Positions 1-11,766 of a stretch of DNA of 64,000 nucleotides are shown piece after piece. Each line of letters begins with the position of its first letter. Within the stretch, counting starts at the first letter, position 1. The stretch lies in the NCBI GenBank assembly GCA_016288655.1, contig JAEEKX010000022.1, forward strand, positions 55,693 to 119,692, in the 5' to 3' direction. This DNA is from Bacteroidales bacterium (GTDB lineage Bacteria > Bacteroidota > Bacteroidia > Bacteroidales > WCHB1-69). The translations under genes and the position numbers were made by a program. The notes below the pieces were generated by a model that saw only the letters and a list, made by a program, of their open reading frames with translations, was not told where the DNA came from and did no database searches.

Positions 1-720
1 GACAGAGTCGAGCAAGGCCTTGTAAAGCTGCAACTTGAGGATCTTGGGAATCAGTTCCACGAGGATGCTCTCCTTGTCCGGCTCGAAGATGTAATCGTGC
101 TGGAGTGCGCTCCCCTCCCCTCCTGCATTGAGACTTCCTATAGGCAGAAAGTCCTCACAGACAAGGGCTTGTGTGGCTTGGTTGACGAAGCGATTATAGA
201 CGATGACGACCTTGTCGGTGCGCTTGGCGATATAATCGTCCATCAGTTGCTGCCCTAATTGGGCGATGGCGGTAAATTCCGTGTTGTCGATAATGTTTTC
301 GTCGCTCCATGCAATCTCGTGGTTCTTAGCGAGTTGTTCTTTCGCCTTCTTTCCGATGCAGAAGAGTTTGACCTGACCGGCGGCGGTCTGGCGTGCGTAT
401 TCCTCGCTCAGCATGGCCTCGACCTTCTTGACGATGTTGCTGTTGAAGGCGCCGCACATGCCGCGGTTGGAGGAGATGACGACGATGGAGACGTGGTTCA
501 CCTCGCGGGCTTGGAAGAGCGGCGAGGCCTCCATGCTGTCGGCGGTGCCGGAGAGGTTGTGCAGAATCTCGTTGAGTTTGTTGGCGTACGGGCGCAGGTT
601 GAGAATGGCCATCTGGGCTTTCCTCAACTTGGAGGCCGACACCATCTTCATCGCACTCGTGATTTTCTGAGTGGATTGGACGGATGCGATTCTGACGCGG
701 ATTTCTTTTAGACTTGCCAT
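1..720 (-). CDS. atpG: F0F1 ATP synthase gamma subunit. The C-terminal end is cut by the window edge.
   Basis: The reverse-strand translation from the ATG at 720 reads MASLKEIRVRIASVQSTQKITSAMKMVSASKLRKAQ..., a classic gamma-subunit N-terminus. The frame stays open to position 1. This ORF is absent from the ORF track because it has no stop inside the window. It lies directly downstream of atpA. Confidence 0.9.
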   Translation of the reverse strand, partial: MASLKEIRVRIASVQSTQKITSAMKMVSASKLRKAQMAILNLRPYANKLNEILHNLSGTADSMEASPLFQAREVNHVSIVVISSNRGMCGAFNSNIVKKVEAMLSEEYARQTAAGQVKLFCIGKKAKEQLAKNHEIAWSDENIIDNTEFTAIAQLGQQLMDDYIAKRTDKVVIVYNRFVNQATQALVCEDFLPIGSLNAGGEGSALQHDYIFEPDKESILVELIPKILKLQLYKALLDSV

Positions 721-726
721 GGCAGG

Positions 727-2316
<1,590 letters not shown>

Positions 2317-2347
2317 ATTGATGATTTTTTTACTTGATTCTGAAATG

Positions 2348-2905
2348 TTAGAAATTGGCTTGGTAAAGGTTGCGCGAGAACTCGGCGCGCAGTTTGTTGA
2401 TGCGCCCGATGATGCTGGCGTCGAAGAGGAAGTCATCGACGTGCAGGATCAGGCCGCCGATGATCTTGGGATTGACGACTTCACGCAGGATGATGGAGGC
2501 GTGGGTCTCCTCTTCCAGCAGTTGCTTGATGGAGGCAGACAGTTCCGCATCGAGTTCGACGGCGGTGGTGACGGTGGCCACTTTGATGTTGTGGCTCTGA
2601 TAATAATATTGTACGTAACTGTCGAAGATGCCTGCCAACGCGGGCTCGCGGCGTTTCTTGAGGATGAGCAGCAGGAACTGCATTGTGACGTCGTTCACTT
2701 TGCCGTCGAAGATGGCGTGAATGATGTTCTCTTTCTTGTCGGCGGGCATGACGGGGCTTTCGATGACCACGCGCAGTTGGCGGTTTTCGTGGAATACGGT
2801 CGAAAGCAACTGCATGTCCTCAAAGATGGCGTCCTCGAGCTTCTGTCCCGCTGCGAAGTCGTACAACGCGGCTGCGTAACGCCCTGACAACTTGGTGTTT
2901 TTCAT
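2348..2905 (-). CDS. atpH: F0F1 ATP synthase delta (OSCP) subunit
   Basis: A 185-aa ORF with an OSCP-like N-terminus ([13 protein letters not shown]), positioned between atpF and atpA. Confidence 0.85.
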   Translation of the reverse strand: MKNTKLSGRYAAALYDFAAGQKLEDAIFEDMQLLSTVFHENRQLRVVIESPVMPADKKENIIHAIFDGKVNDVTMQFLLLILKKRREPALAGIFDSYVQYYYQSHNIKVATVTTAVELDAELSASIKQLLEEETHASIILREVVNPKIIGGLILHVDDFLFDASIIGRINKLRAEFSRNLYQANF

Positions 2906-2919
2906 TGTTTAGAGCGTGA

Positions 2920-3411
2920 TTAGTTGATACTTACGTCTTTCATCCACTTCTCGACGAGGTCTTTCTGGCGCTGCTTGTCTTTCAGTTCCTCGCCCAGCAC
3001 CTTCTCGGAGATCTCCAAGGACATCTGTGCGATCTCGTTCTTGATGTCGGTGATGGCCTTCATCTTTTCGTAATGGATGTTCTTTTTGGCCTCGTCGATG
3101 AGGTTCTGGGCTTCGCGGGAGGCCTTCGCTTTGGCGTCTTCGTAAATCTTTTCGCTCATCTTGCGGGCTTCGGCGAGGATGGCGTCGCGTTCTTCCTTGG
3201 CTTTCACAAGCAGGGCCTCGTGTTCGGACTTCAGGTTTTTCATCTCCTCGCGGGCTTGGGCGGCGGCATGAAGTTGGCCGTCGATGAATTGCTCGCGCTT
3301 GTTGATGGCCTTGGAGATGAAGCGGAACGCCTTGATCAGGATGAGGCAGAGGATGCCAAAGCCAATAAGCATCCAGAACAATAGACCAAATGAAGGAGTA
3401 ATCAAATCCAT
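2920..3411 (-). CDS. atpF: F0F1 ATP synthase subunit b
   Basis: A 163-aa ORF with one N-terminal TM helix followed by a long charged coiled-coil (AEARKMSEKIYEDAKAKASREAQNLIDEAKK), immediately upstream of atpH. Confidence 0.85.
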   Translation of the reverse strand: MDLITPSFGLLFWMLIGFGILCLILIKAFRFISKAINKREQFIDGQLHAAAQAREEMKNLKSEHEALLVKAKEERDAILAEARKMSEKIYEDAKAKASREAQNLIDEAKKNIHYEKMKAITDIKNEIAQMSLEISEKVLGEELKDKQRQKDLVEKWMKDVSIN

Positions 3412-3444
3412 AGAGACTGTGTTTTGGTTCTAAAAAATGCGCGG

Positions 3445-3452
3445 CAAATATA
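3445..3452 (-). promoter_or_regulatory. Bacteroidota -7 promoter element (TATATTTG on the minus strand) upstream of atpF
   Basis: The plus strand reads caaatata, whose reverse complement TATATTTG matches TAnnTTTG. It lies 34 nt upstream of the atpF ATG. Confidence 0.45.
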
Positions 3453-3561
3453 CGAAATTAATTCCAAATGAAAAACCGCCGAAACTCTTTTTTTCACCTC
3501 TTTCTGGAGAAAAGGTGAAAAAAAATCCGGCGATTTTCGCAATGGCGTGATTGATACCCGA

Positions 3562-5079
3562 TTAGGGTTCGATCACGGCGATGGCGCGTTCCACTCTGCG
3601 GGCGGTCTCCCCTACTCCGATGGCGTCGATGATCTCGAAGATGCCGGGGCCTTTGGCCGCGCCCACCAGCGCGATGCGGTAACTGTTCATGATGGCGCCC
3701 ATGTTGAGTTCGTGTTGATGAACGTAATCCATGACCAGTTCGTCGGCCTTGGCCTTGTCGAAGGGCTTGATGCTCTCCACCAGCGCCATCATCTCGCGCA
3801 GATGCGCGGCAGTGCCGGGTTTCCATCTCTTCTTCACCGCCTGCGGGTCGTACTCTTCCGGAGCGACGAAGAAGTAGGAGGTCTGCTCCCAGAATTCGGG
3901 GATGAAGTGCACGCGCTCTTTCATCAGGGCGATGATGCGCTTCAGGTAGCCGTCATCCGTCTGGACGCCGTGTTTGGCCAATTCGGCGGCGAACATCGGC
4001 AACAGGCGGTCATCGGAGGCCATCTGGATGTACTGATGATTGAACCAGCGGGCCTTTTCCAAGTTGAATTTGGCGCCGGACTTGCTGATGCTGTCGATGG
4101 AGAATAGTTTGACAAGCGTATCCAAGTCCATGATCTCCTGTTCGGTGCCGGGATTCCAGCCGAGCAGGGCGAGCATGTTGATGACGGCTTCGGGCAGGTA
4201 GCCGCTCTCGCGGTAGCCGGAAGAGACGTCGCCGCTCTTGGGATCGGTCCACTGCAGCGGGAAGACGGGGAAGCCGAGGCGGTCGCCGTCGCGCTTGCTG
4301 AGTTTGCCGTTACCGTCGGGCTTGAGCAGCAGCGGCAGGTGGGCGAACTGCGGGGCTTCCCAGCCGAAGGCTTTGTACAACATGACGTGCAGGGGTGCCG
4401 AGGGAAGCCACTCCTCGCCGCGGATGACGTGCGAGACCTCCATGGTGTGGTCATCGACGATGTTGGCCAGATGGTAGGTCGGCATGCCGTCGGACTTGTA
4501 CAATACTTTGTCATCCAATAAGTTGGAGTTGATGGTCACATCGCCGCGGATCAGGTCGTGGACGGTGATGTCGAGGTCGGCGGGATATTTGAAACGGACG
4601 ACGTAAGGGGCTCCGGATTCCAGTCGGGCTTTCACATCTTCTACGCTCAGAGACAGCGAGTTGCACATGCCGTCGCGGGTGGTGGCGTCGTATTGGAAAG
4701 TCTTTTTCTGCGCTTCCGCCTCCTTGCGCTTGGCATCAAGGTCGGCAGCGGTATCGAAAGCGTAGTAAGCCCACCCGTTTTCCAGCAGATAATCAGCGTA
4801 TTGCTTGTACATCGGCTTGCGTTCCGACTGTCTGTAAGGGCCGTATTGGCCCCCGATTCCCACGCCCTCGTCGAACTTCAGTCCGAGCCACTGGAAGGCC
4901 TCGATGATGTAGGCCTCGGCGCCGGGCACGAAGCGGGTCTGGTCGGTGTCCTCGATGCGGAGGATGAAGTCGCCGCCGTTCTGTTTGGCGAACAGGTAGT
5001 TGTACAGCGCGGTGCGCACGCCGCCGATGTGGAGCGGTCCGGTGGGACTGGGCGCGAATCTTACTCTTACTTTTTTCAT
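3562..5079 (-). CDS. gltX: glutamate--tRNA ligase
   Basis: A 505-aa ORF. The N-terminus [25 protein letters not shown] carries the class I HIGH motif, and KLSKR (the KMSKS equivalent) is present. Confidence 0.95.
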   Translation of the reverse strand: MKKVRVRFAPSPTGPLHIGGVRTALYNYLFAKQNGGDFILRIEDTDQTRFVPGAEAYIIEAFQWLGLKFDEGVGIGGQYGPYRQSERKPMYKQYADYLLENGWAYYAFDTAADLDAKRKEAEAQKKTFQYDATTRDGMCNSLSLSVEDVKARLESGAPYVVRFKYPADLDITVHDLIRGDVTINSNLLDDKVLYKSDGMPTYHLANIVDDHTMEVSHVIRGEEWLPSAPLHVMLYKAFGWEAPQFAHLPLLLKPDGNGKLSKRDGDRLGFPVFPLQWTDPKSGDVSSGYRESGYLPEAVINMLALLGWNPGTEQEIMDLDTLVKLFSIDSISKSGAKFNLEKARWFNHQYIQMASDDRLLPMFAAELAKHGVQTDDGYLKRIIALMKERVHFIPEFWEQTSYFFVAPEEYDPQAVKKRWKPGTAAHLREMMALVESIKPFDKAKADELVMDYVHQHELNMGAIMNSYRIALVGAAKGPGIFEIIDAIGVGETARRVERAIAVIEP

Positions 5080-5217
5080 TTATCCTTATTTAATTTATTA
5101 TGAATCAATTTATTATAAAAATACAAAAACAAATTCATCTGTCGGTCTGCTGGCAGGCGGCCAACAGTCCGATGGCCAGCAAGATGATTCGGATGCAGAC
5201 GGTTTTCATTTATGATG

Positions 5218-7485
5218 TCACGCCTGGCGTATGTATTCGTCGATGGCGGCAGCGGCCTTCTTGCCGGCGCCCATGGCGAGGATGACGGTTGCGGCGCCGC
5301 TGACGGCGTCGCCGCCGGCGAAGATGCCGGGGCGGGAGGTGCGTCCGTCGGCGTCAGCTTCGAGGCAGCCGCGTCGGGTGGCGGCCAAGCCCGGGGTGGT
5401 GCTGCGGATGAGCGGGTTGGGCGAGGTGCCGAGGGCCATGATGACCATGTCGGACTCGAGGGTGAACTCGCTGCCGGCGATTTCGACGGGCGAACGGCGG
5501 CCGGAGGCGTCGGGTTCGCCGAGTTCCATGTGCACGCACTCGATCGCATTCACCCATCCCTTTTCATCGCCGAGGATGCGGACAGGATTGCAGAGCAGGT
5601 CGAAGGCGATACCCTCTTCCTTGGCGTGGTGTACCTCTTCGGCGCGGGCGGGCAGTTCTGCCTCGGAGCGGCGATAGACGACGTGTACCTCGGCGCCGAG
5701 GCGCAGGGCGGTGCGGGCGGCGTCCATGGCCACGTTGCCGCCACCGACGACGGCCACCTTCTTGCCAACATAGTTGGGCGTGTCGTAACCCTCGCGGTAG
5801 GCGAACAGCAGGTTGTTGCGGGTGAGGAACTCGTTGGCGGAGACCACGCCACAGAGGTTCTCGCCGGGGATGCCCATGAACTTGGGCAGACCTGCGCCGC
5901 TGCCGATGAAGACGGCCTCGAACCCCTCTTTGTCCATCAGGTCGTCAACCGACAGGGTCTTGCCGACGACGACGTCGCGCTCGAATTTCACGCCCAGTTG
6001 GCGCAATTGCTCGACTTCGTGTTTGACGACGGTCTCTTTCGGGAGACGGAAGGAGGGGATGCCATAGACGAGCACGCCGCCAAACTCGTGCAGTGCTTCG
6101 AAGACGGTGACGTCGTATCCCTTGGATATCAGTTCTTTTGCACAAGTGATGCCGGCGGGGCCGCTGCCGACGACGGCCACCTTGTGTCCGTTGCGGGCGA
6201 CTTCGCTGGTGGCGGCGACGTGGTTCTCGCGGGCATAGTCGCCCACGAAGCGTTCCAACTTGCCGATGGCGATGGGGTCGAACTTCCTGCCCATGACGCA
6301 TTGTCCTTCGCACTGGTTCTCTTGGGGGCAGACGCGGCCGCAGACGGCGGGCAGGGCGGAATCATGCGCGATGATGCGCGCGGCGGCCTCGAAGTTGCCG
6401 GAGGCCACCTCATGGATGAAGCCCGGGATGTTGATGCCGACGGGGCAGCCCTGCACGCAGGATGGGTTCTTGCAGTTGAGGCAGCGGCGGGCCTCCAGCA
6501 TGGCCTCTTCGGCGTCGTAGCCGAGGCAGACCTCGTCGAAGTTGGTGGCGCGTACCTTCGGATCCTGCTCACGCACGGGCACCCGTTTCTTCTTGTCTGG
6601 CACCTCTTCGCACACGCTGCCGATGTGGCAGACATGTCCCTCGGCGCGTTCTTCGGCTTCCAACTGCTTGCGTGTCTGCACGTTGTTGTACATCGCCTGG
6701 CGGGTCATGGCCTGGTCGAAATCGACGAGCGCGCCGTCGAATTCGGGTCCATCGACGCAGGTGAACTGCGTCTTTCCACCCACGTTCACACGGCAGGCGC
6801 CGCACATGCCGGTGCCATCGACCATCAGCGAGTTGAGACTGACGGTGCATTTGATGCCGTACTCCTTGGCCACGGCGGCCACGAACTTCATCATGATCAT
6901 GGGACCGATGGCGATGATCTCGTCGTAGTGCTTGCCGCTTTCGATGAGGCGGCGCAGTTCATCGGTCACCAGGCCCTTGTTGCCGTAGGAGGCGTCGTCG
7001 GTGGTGACGTAGAGGTTGCTGACGGAGCGCAGTTCATCTTCGAAAATGAGCAGCGACTTGGTCTTGACACCGACGATGGTATCGACAGAGATGCCGTCGT
7101 TGTGCAACCACTTGACTTGCGGGTAGATGGGAGCGATGCCCACGCCGCCGCCGATGAAGACATAGTGTTTAGTGGCGCGTTCCTCGTGGGTGAGGTTCAC
7201 GAACTCGGAGGGGCGGCCGAGGGGGCCGACCACGTCGAGCAACTCCTCCCCTTCCCTCATCTCGGCTAAGTCGCGGGTGGATTTGCCGATGGCCTTGAAG
7301 ACCATGACGACGGTGCCTTTCTCGGCATCCGAATCGCTGATGGTCAGCGGGATGCGTTCAGCGGAGGCACATCTTTTCACAATCAAAAACTGACCGGGCA
7401 GCGCCGCCTGGGCGATGCGGGGGGCCTCGACTTCCAGTAGGTAGGTGTCGGCGGCAAATTCACGACGGGTATGAATCTTAAACAT
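5218..7485 (-). CDS. Fused NfnA-like (FAD/NAD-binding, 2Fe-2S electron-transfer subunit) and NfnB/GltD-like (NADPH-dependent glutamate synthase small-chain family) oxidoreductase
   Basis: A 755-aa ORF. The N-terminal ~280 aa resemble the PyrK/sulfide dehydrogenase electron-transfer subunit, with a C-terminal Cys cluster CGACRV...C. The remainder has 4Fe-4S Cys motifs (CLNCKNPSCVQGCPV, CGRVCPQENQCEGQC) and two GxGxxG dinucleotide folds (VAVVGSGPAG, VAVVGGGNVAMD). Confidence 0.85.
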   Translation of the reverse strand: MFKIHTRREFAADTYLLEVEAPRIAQAALPGQFLIVKRCASAERIPLTISDSDAEKGTVVMVFKAIGKSTRDLAEMREGEELLDVVGPLGRPSEFVNLTHEERATKHYVFIGGGVGIAPIYPQVKWLHNDGISVDTIVGVKTKSLLIFEDELRSVSNLYVTTDDASYGNKGLVTDELRRLIESGKHYDEIIAIGPMIMMKFVAAVAKEYGIKCTVSLNSLMVDGTGMCGACRVNVGGKTQFTCVDGPEFDGALVDFDQAMTRQAMYNNVQTRKQLEAEERAEGHVCHIGSVCEEVPDKKKRVPVREQDPKVRATNFDEVCLGYDAEEAMLEARRCLNCKNPSCVQGCPVGINIPGFIHEVASGNFEAAARIIAHDSALPAVCGRVCPQENQCEGQCVMGRKFDPIAIGKLERFVGDYARENHVAATSEVARNGHKVAVVGSGPAGITCAKELISKGYDVTVFEALHEFGGVLVYGIPSFRLPKETVVKHEVEQLRQLGVKFERDVVVGKTLSVDDLMDKEGFEAVFIGSGAGLPKFMGIPGENLCGVVSANEFLTRNNLLFAYREGYDTPNYVGKKVAVVGGGNVAMDAARTALRLGAEVHVVYRRSEAELPARAEEVHHAKEEGIAFDLLCNPVRILGDEKGWVNAIECVHMELGEPDASGRRSPVEIAGSEFTLESDMVIMALGTSPNPLIRSTTPGLAATRRGCLEADADGRTSRPGIFAGGDAVSGAATVILAMGAGKKAAAAIDEYIRQA

Positions 7486-7504
7486 AGTATAAAATTTGGG
7501 GCTG

Positions 7505-7512
7505 CAAATTTA
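7505..7512 (-). promoter_or_regulatory. -7 promoter element (TAAATTTG) for the NfnAB-like gene
   Basis: The plus strand reads caaattta, 20 nt upstream of the ATG at 7485. Confidence 0.45.
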
Positions 7513-7625
7513 CAACATTTTCCATTTCTTTTCAAAATAAAGCACGAATTGGGCGTACATTAAAAGTAAATTGTCAAAAACATGTTTTTTTCAACACAGA
7601 TTATCGGAGGTGCGTTTTTTCGCCG

Positions 7626-7633
7626 TATATTTG
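7626..7633 (+). promoter_or_regulatory. -7 promoter element (TATATTTG) for the M13 peptidase gene
   Basis: An exact TAnnTTTG match 43 nt upstream of the ATG at 7676. It lies inside the longer ORF-track extension, which argues for the shorter start. Confidence 0.45.
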
Positions 7634-7675
7634 CGCCCTCAAAAAAAAGAGATTCAACTTAATCTTTTAATATTT

Positions 7676-9703
7676 ATGAAAAAACTCATTCTCAGCGTTT
7701 TATGCGCACTGTTGCTGGCTTTCGGCGGGACTCGTCTCGCGGCCCAGAAGCCCTCGGGCATCAACTATCAGAACCTGGACACCACGGTCAACCCGGGTGA
7801 CGACTTCTTCAAGTACGCCACGGGCAACTGGATCAACCACAACCCGCAGCCCCCGATCTATCCGATGTGGGGGTCGTTCACGAAACTCGATGACGACAAC
7901 ACCAAGGCGGTGGCCGGCCTGATTCAGGACATCGCCGCCCAGAAGAACAAGCCGGGCAGCGTGGAGCAGAAGATCGGCGACCTTTACACCTTGGCCATGG
8001 ACAGCGTCCGTCGCAACGCGGAGGGCGCCGAGCCGGTGATGCGCCAGGTGCGCAAGATCGAAGCCATCCAGACCCGTGAGGAGCTGCTCAAATACATGAC
8101 CAGCGAGCACGACAACCTGCTCTGGTCGCTCTACATCGGCGTGGACGACAAGAACGCCTCCGAGCACATCGTCTCCCTCAACCAGGGCGGACTTTCGATG
8201 GGCAACCGCGACTACTACCTCTCCAAGGATCCCGAGATCGCGAGAATCCGCGAAGCCGCCAAGGAGCACTACATCAACCTGTTTGTGCTGTGCGGCTACT
8301 CCCAGAAGGAGGCCAAGAAGAAAGTCGCCACCATCTGGAAGTTGGAGACCAAGTTGGCCAAGGCCTGCTATTCGCTCGAGCAGATGCGCGACCCCGAAGC
8401 CAATTACCACAAGATGACCGTGAAGGAGTTGACCGAACTCTGCGGCGGATTCGACTGGAAGAGCTATCTCAACCAGTACGGTTTCGACCAGACAGACATC
8501 GTCTTAGTCGGTCAGCCCGAGCCGCTTCAGTTGGCCTGCCAGATGATGATGACCGAGAAGTTGGAGACCCTCAAGCTCATCTATGAGTGGCAGACCATCC
8601 GTGGCGGTGCCAGTTTCCTGTCCGACGACTTCGCCGCCGAGAACTTCGCCTTCTCGCAGAAGATCTCCGGCACGCAGCAGATGACACCGCGCTGGCAGCG
8701 TTCCGTCGATTTGGTTAGCGGGCTTATGAACGACGCCATCGGCCAGTTGTATGTGAAGAAATATTTCCCGCCGCAGGCCAAGCAGCGCATGATGGAACTG
8801 GTGCGCAACCTGCAGGCCGCCTTGGCCGAGCGCATCAAAGCGCAGGAGTGGATGAGCGAGCCCACCAAGCAGGTGGCACTCGAGAAACTCAACGCCTACT
8901 ATGTCAAGATCGGGTATCCCGACAAGTGGGACGACCTCACCGGTCTGGTCATCGACCCCAGTTTGTCGCTTTACGACAATGTGCTGGTCGCCAGCCGTTT
9001 CTATTTCGACCTCAACAAGGAAAAGACCTACAACAAGCCCGTTGACCGTGACGAGTGGCAGATGCCCGCGCAGATGGTGAACGCCTACTACAACCCCACC
9101 ACCAACGAGATCTGCTTCCCCGCCGGCATTCTGCAGCCCCCGTTCTTTGATTTCAACGCCGACGACGCCACCAACTACGGTGCCATTGGCGTGGTGATCG
9201 CCCACGAGATGACCCACGGTTTCGACGACCAGGGCCGTCAGTACGACAAGGACGGCAACCTGCGCTCCTGGTGGGCGGAGGAAGATGTGGAGGCCTTCAA
9301 GGTCCCCACGGAGAAGTTGGCCGTCTATTTCGACTCCTTGTGGGTGATCCCCAACGTGTTGCGCAGCAATGGCCACCTCTGTCTCGGAGAGAACATCGCC
9401 GACCACGGCGGCATCAACATCGCCTATCAGGCCCTGCAGATGGCGATGGCGAAGAACGGCCGTCTTCCCAACGAGAACGGCTTCACCCCTGAGCAGCGTT
9501 TCTTCCTGTCGTTCGCCAACGTGTGGGCCGGCGTCTCCTCGGAGCAGATCCTCCGCTACCTGACGATGAATGACGTCCACTCGGCGCACCACCTGCGCGT
9601 GAACGGCGGTGTGGCCCAATGCGAATATTGGTACAAGGCCTTCAACATCAAGCCCAGCGACAAACTGTATGTGGCGCCGAAGGACCGCGTGAATATCTGG
9701 TAG
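7676..9703 (+). CDS. pepO: M13 family metalloendopeptidase (PepO / endothelin-converting-enzyme-like), secreted
   Basis: The signal peptide MKKLILSVLCALLLAFGGTRLAAQ starts at the ATG at 7676. The zinc motif VIAHEMTHGFD (HExxH) and the downstream GENIADHGG (ExxxD) are typical of M13. Confidence 0.9.
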   Translation: MKKLILSVLCALLLAFGGTRLAAQKPSGINYQNLDTTVNPGDDFFKYATGNWINHNPQPPIYPMWGSFTKLDDDNTKAVAGLIQDIAAQKNKPGSVEQKIGDLYTLAMDSVRRNAEGAEPVMRQVRKIEAIQTREELLKYMTSEHDNLLWSLYIGVDDKNASEHIVSLNQGGLSMGNRDYYLSKDPEIARIREAAKEHYINLFVLCGYSQKEAKKKVATIWKLETKLAKACYSLEQMRDPEANYHKMTVKELTELCGGFDWKSYLNQYGFDQTDIVLVGQPEPLQLACQMMMTEKLETLKLIYEWQTIRGGASFLSDDFAAENFAFSQKISGTQQMTPRWQRSVDLVSGLMNDAIGQLYVKKYFPPQAKQRMMELVRNLQAALAERIKAQEWMSEPTKQVALEKLNAYYVKIGYPDKWDDLTGLVIDPSLSLYDNVLVASRFYFDLNKEKTYNKPVDRDEWQMPAQMVNAYYNPTTNEICFPAGILQPPFFDFNADDATNYGAIGVVIAHEMTHGFDDQGRQYDKDGNLRSWWAEEDVEAFKVPTEKLAVYFDSLWVIPNVLRSNGHLCLGENIADHGGINIAYQALQMAMAKNGRLPNENGFTPEQRFFLSFANVWAGVSSEQILRYLTMNDVHSAHHLRVNGGVAQCEYWYKAFNIKPSDKLYVAPKDRVNIW

Positions 9704-9732
9704 TTGGATTGCAGTTACAGGTAAAAGAAAAA

Positions 9733-9761
9733 GGCGATGCATAAATGCACCGCCTTTTTTT
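9733..9761. terminator. Bidirectional rho-independent terminator between the convergent pepO and rocD genes
   Basis: The stem is ggcgatgca/tgcaccgcc (one mismatch) with loop taaa. It is flanked by an A-run upstream and a T-run downstream. Confidence 0.6.
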
Positions 9762-9784
9762 GTAGTGGGGATCCTTCGTCTCTA

Positions 9785-11014
9785 TTATTCGAACGAGAGG
9801 ATGGCCTTCTTGATGAGCTCAATGGCTTCGCGGAGTTCTTCTTCGCTGATGACCAACGGAGGAGCGAAGCGGATGATGTGCTGGTGGGTCGGTTTGGCGA
9901 GCACGCCAAGTTCCTTCATCTTCTCGCAGACGTCCCAGGCCTCTTTGCCGTTCTTGGGACGGATGATGACGGCGTTGAGCAGGCCCTTGCCGCGCACTTG
10001 TTCGATCATCTCGCTCTTGACCTTGCCGATCTCTTCGCGGAAGATCTTGCCGAGGTATTCGGCGCGTTCGGCGAGTTTTTCTTCCTTCACGACCTCAAGG
10101 GCGGCGATGGCGACCTTGCAGGCGATGGGGTTGCCGCCGAAGGTGGAGCCGTGCTCGCCGGGCTTGATGTTGAGCATGATGTCGTCGTCGGCGAGGACTG
10201 CGGAGACGGGCATGGTGCCGCCGGAGAGGGCCTTGCCGAGGATGAGGATGTCGGGACGGACGCCTTCGTGGTCGCAGGCCAGCATCTTGCCGGTACGTGC
10301 GATACCCGTCTGCACTTCGTCGGCGATGAACAGGACGTTCTTGGCCTTGCAGAGTTCGTAGGACTTGCGGAGGTAGCCGTCATCGGGGACATAGACACCC
10401 GCCTCGCCCTGGATGGGCTCGAGGATGAAACCGGCCACGTTCGGGTCTTCGAGGGCCTTCTCAAGTGCCGGGATGTCGTTGTATTTCACCTTGATGAAGC
10501 CGGGGGTGTAGGGACCGTAGCCGCCGTAGGCCTCGGGGTCGGTGGACATGGAGATGATGGTGATGGTGCGGCCGTGGAAGTTGCCATCGCACACGATGAT
10601 CTTGGCCTGGTTTTCCGGAAGGCCTTTCTTCATGTATGCCCATTTACGACAGAGTTTCAGGGCGGTCTCGTCGGCTTCGGCGCCGGAGTTCATCGGGAGC
10701 ACCTTGTCGTAGCCGAAGGTCTCGGTGACGTATTTCTCATAGGGGCCGAGGCAGTCGTTGTAGAAGGCGCGGGAGGTCAGGGTGACCTTCTGGCACTGGT
10801 CAATCATGGCACCGATGATTTTCGGGTGGCAGTGGCCCTGGTTGACCGCTGAGTAGGCGGAGAGGAAGTCAAAATACTTCTTTCCTTCCACGTCCCACAT
10901 GAAGGGACCTTTCGCGCGGGAGATGACCACGCCGAGCGGGTGGTAGTTGTGTGCGCCATAGCGGGCTTCCATTTCAATGGCTTGCTGGCTGGATGTGATT
11001 TTTGCTACTTCCAT
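9785..11014 (-). CDS. rocD: ornithine--oxo-acid aminotransferase (class III PLP aminotransferase)
   Basis: A 409-aa [51 protein letters not shown] and the later [11 protein letters not shown] are characteristic of ornithine aminotransferase. Confidence 0.88.
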   Translation of the reverse strand: MEVAKITSSQQAIEMEARYGAHNYHPLGVVISRAKGPFMWDVEGKKYFDFLSAYSAVNQGHCHPKIIGAMIDQCQKVTLTSRAFYNDCLGPYEKYVTETFGYDKVLPMNSGAEADETALKLCRKWAYMKKGLPENQAKIIVCDGNFHGRTITIISMSTDPEAYGGYGPYTPGFIKVKYNDIPALEKALEDPNVAGFILEPIQGEAGVYVPDDGYLRKSYELCKAKNVLFIADEVQTGIARTGKMLACDHEGVRPDILILGKALSGGTMPVSAVLADDDIMLNIKPGEHGSTFGGNPIACKVAIAALEVVKEEKLAERAEYLGKIFREEIGKVKSEMIEQVRGKGLLNAVIIRPKNGKEAWDVCEKMKELGVLAKPTHQHIIRFAPPLVISEEELREAIELIKKAILSFE

Positions 11015-11055
11015 AATTTTTGGATTTATAATTGATAAAATGTGAATGGTTGATC

Positions 11056-11766
11056 TCAGTTTTGCTGTTCCTCGAATTTTTTCAAACGACGTTTATTCTC
11101 TTTTTGAATGGCTTGGGTCAGGGCATCCTCGTTGTATCTCCGCACGGAAAGTCCGAAACTGGCCATGCCCTTCAGGTCGGTTTCCCGCATGGCCTGGCGG
11201 AAGGAGAACTTGTACTTGCCCTTTTGGGGGAATTTCACTTTGACGGGATAGCACTCCGTGACATCCGTGGTGTTGCCGTTCAACTTGACCTTGAGGGGGA
11301 CGATGAGCGGCTCGAATCGGAAGGGGTGCTTGCCCTGGCCGGAGAAAGTGGCGACGGAGTAAGGCACGTAGCCCTTGATCTGGCGGGTGGTGGCGACGAA
11401 CTTGCTGTCGGCGGCGAAATAGTAACCGCGGTCCTTCAGCCGGCGGCCGGTGCCGTACCACTCGCCCGAGGGTGACGCAAGGATGAACTGCACTGTATCC
11501 CTGCTCACCTTGCCGTCGGGCAGCGTGATGTCGAGAAAACAGTACAGGTTGCGGTAGGGATAGTCGGTGGTGTTGCGCACATCGGCGACCAACGTGTAGT
11601 AACTCTCCACGTCATCGATCTCGAACTCGCACTCCACGGCCTTCTCCTTGTTCCAGGTCTCGTCGGGCAGATCGACGATCTCCTCGCGGACGACGTCGGA
11701 GTTGCAGGCGGCGAAAACCAACGTCCAAAGCGAAAGGATGAAGATGACCGCGTACTTTTTCATCAC
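11056..11766 (-). CDS. gldH: GldH-family gliding/T9SS-associated lipoprotein with an internal insertion
   Basis: It has a signal peptide and lipobox (VFAAC). GldH-like blocks are present: [13 protein letters not shown]...LPDGK...SGEWYGTG and [14 protein letters not shown]. At 236 aa it is longer than the ~160 aa I recall for GldH. It lies immediately downstream of a PSP1 gene, the usual Bacteroidota context. Confidence 0.6.
   Translation of the reverse strand: MMKKYAVIFILSLWTLVFAACNSDVVREEIVDLPDETWNKEKAVECEFEIDDVESYYTLVADVRNTTDYPYRNLYCFLDITLPDGKVSRDTVQFILASPSGEWYGTGRRLKDRGYYFAADSKFVATTRQIKGYVPYSVATFSGQGKHPFRFEPLIVPLKVKLNGNTTDVTECYPVKVKFPQKGKYKFSFRQAMRETDLKGMASFGLSVRRYNEDALTQAIQKENKRRLKKFEEQQN

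Noticed and set aside
5212-7269. Very long antisense ORFs opposite well-supported genes. Examples: 5212..7269(+), 8504..9742(-), 9737..10852(+), 17781..19112(-), 31032..32363(+), 34435..35487(-), 46774..47637(+), 52795..55251(+), 57929..58939(-), 59929..61845(+).
   Set aside because: Their translations are low-complexity (Ala/Gly/Val/Asp/Arg/His-rich) with no recognisable motifs. Each fully overlaps a gene with clear family signatures on the other strand. Long stop-free shadow frames are expected in GC-rich coding DNA.
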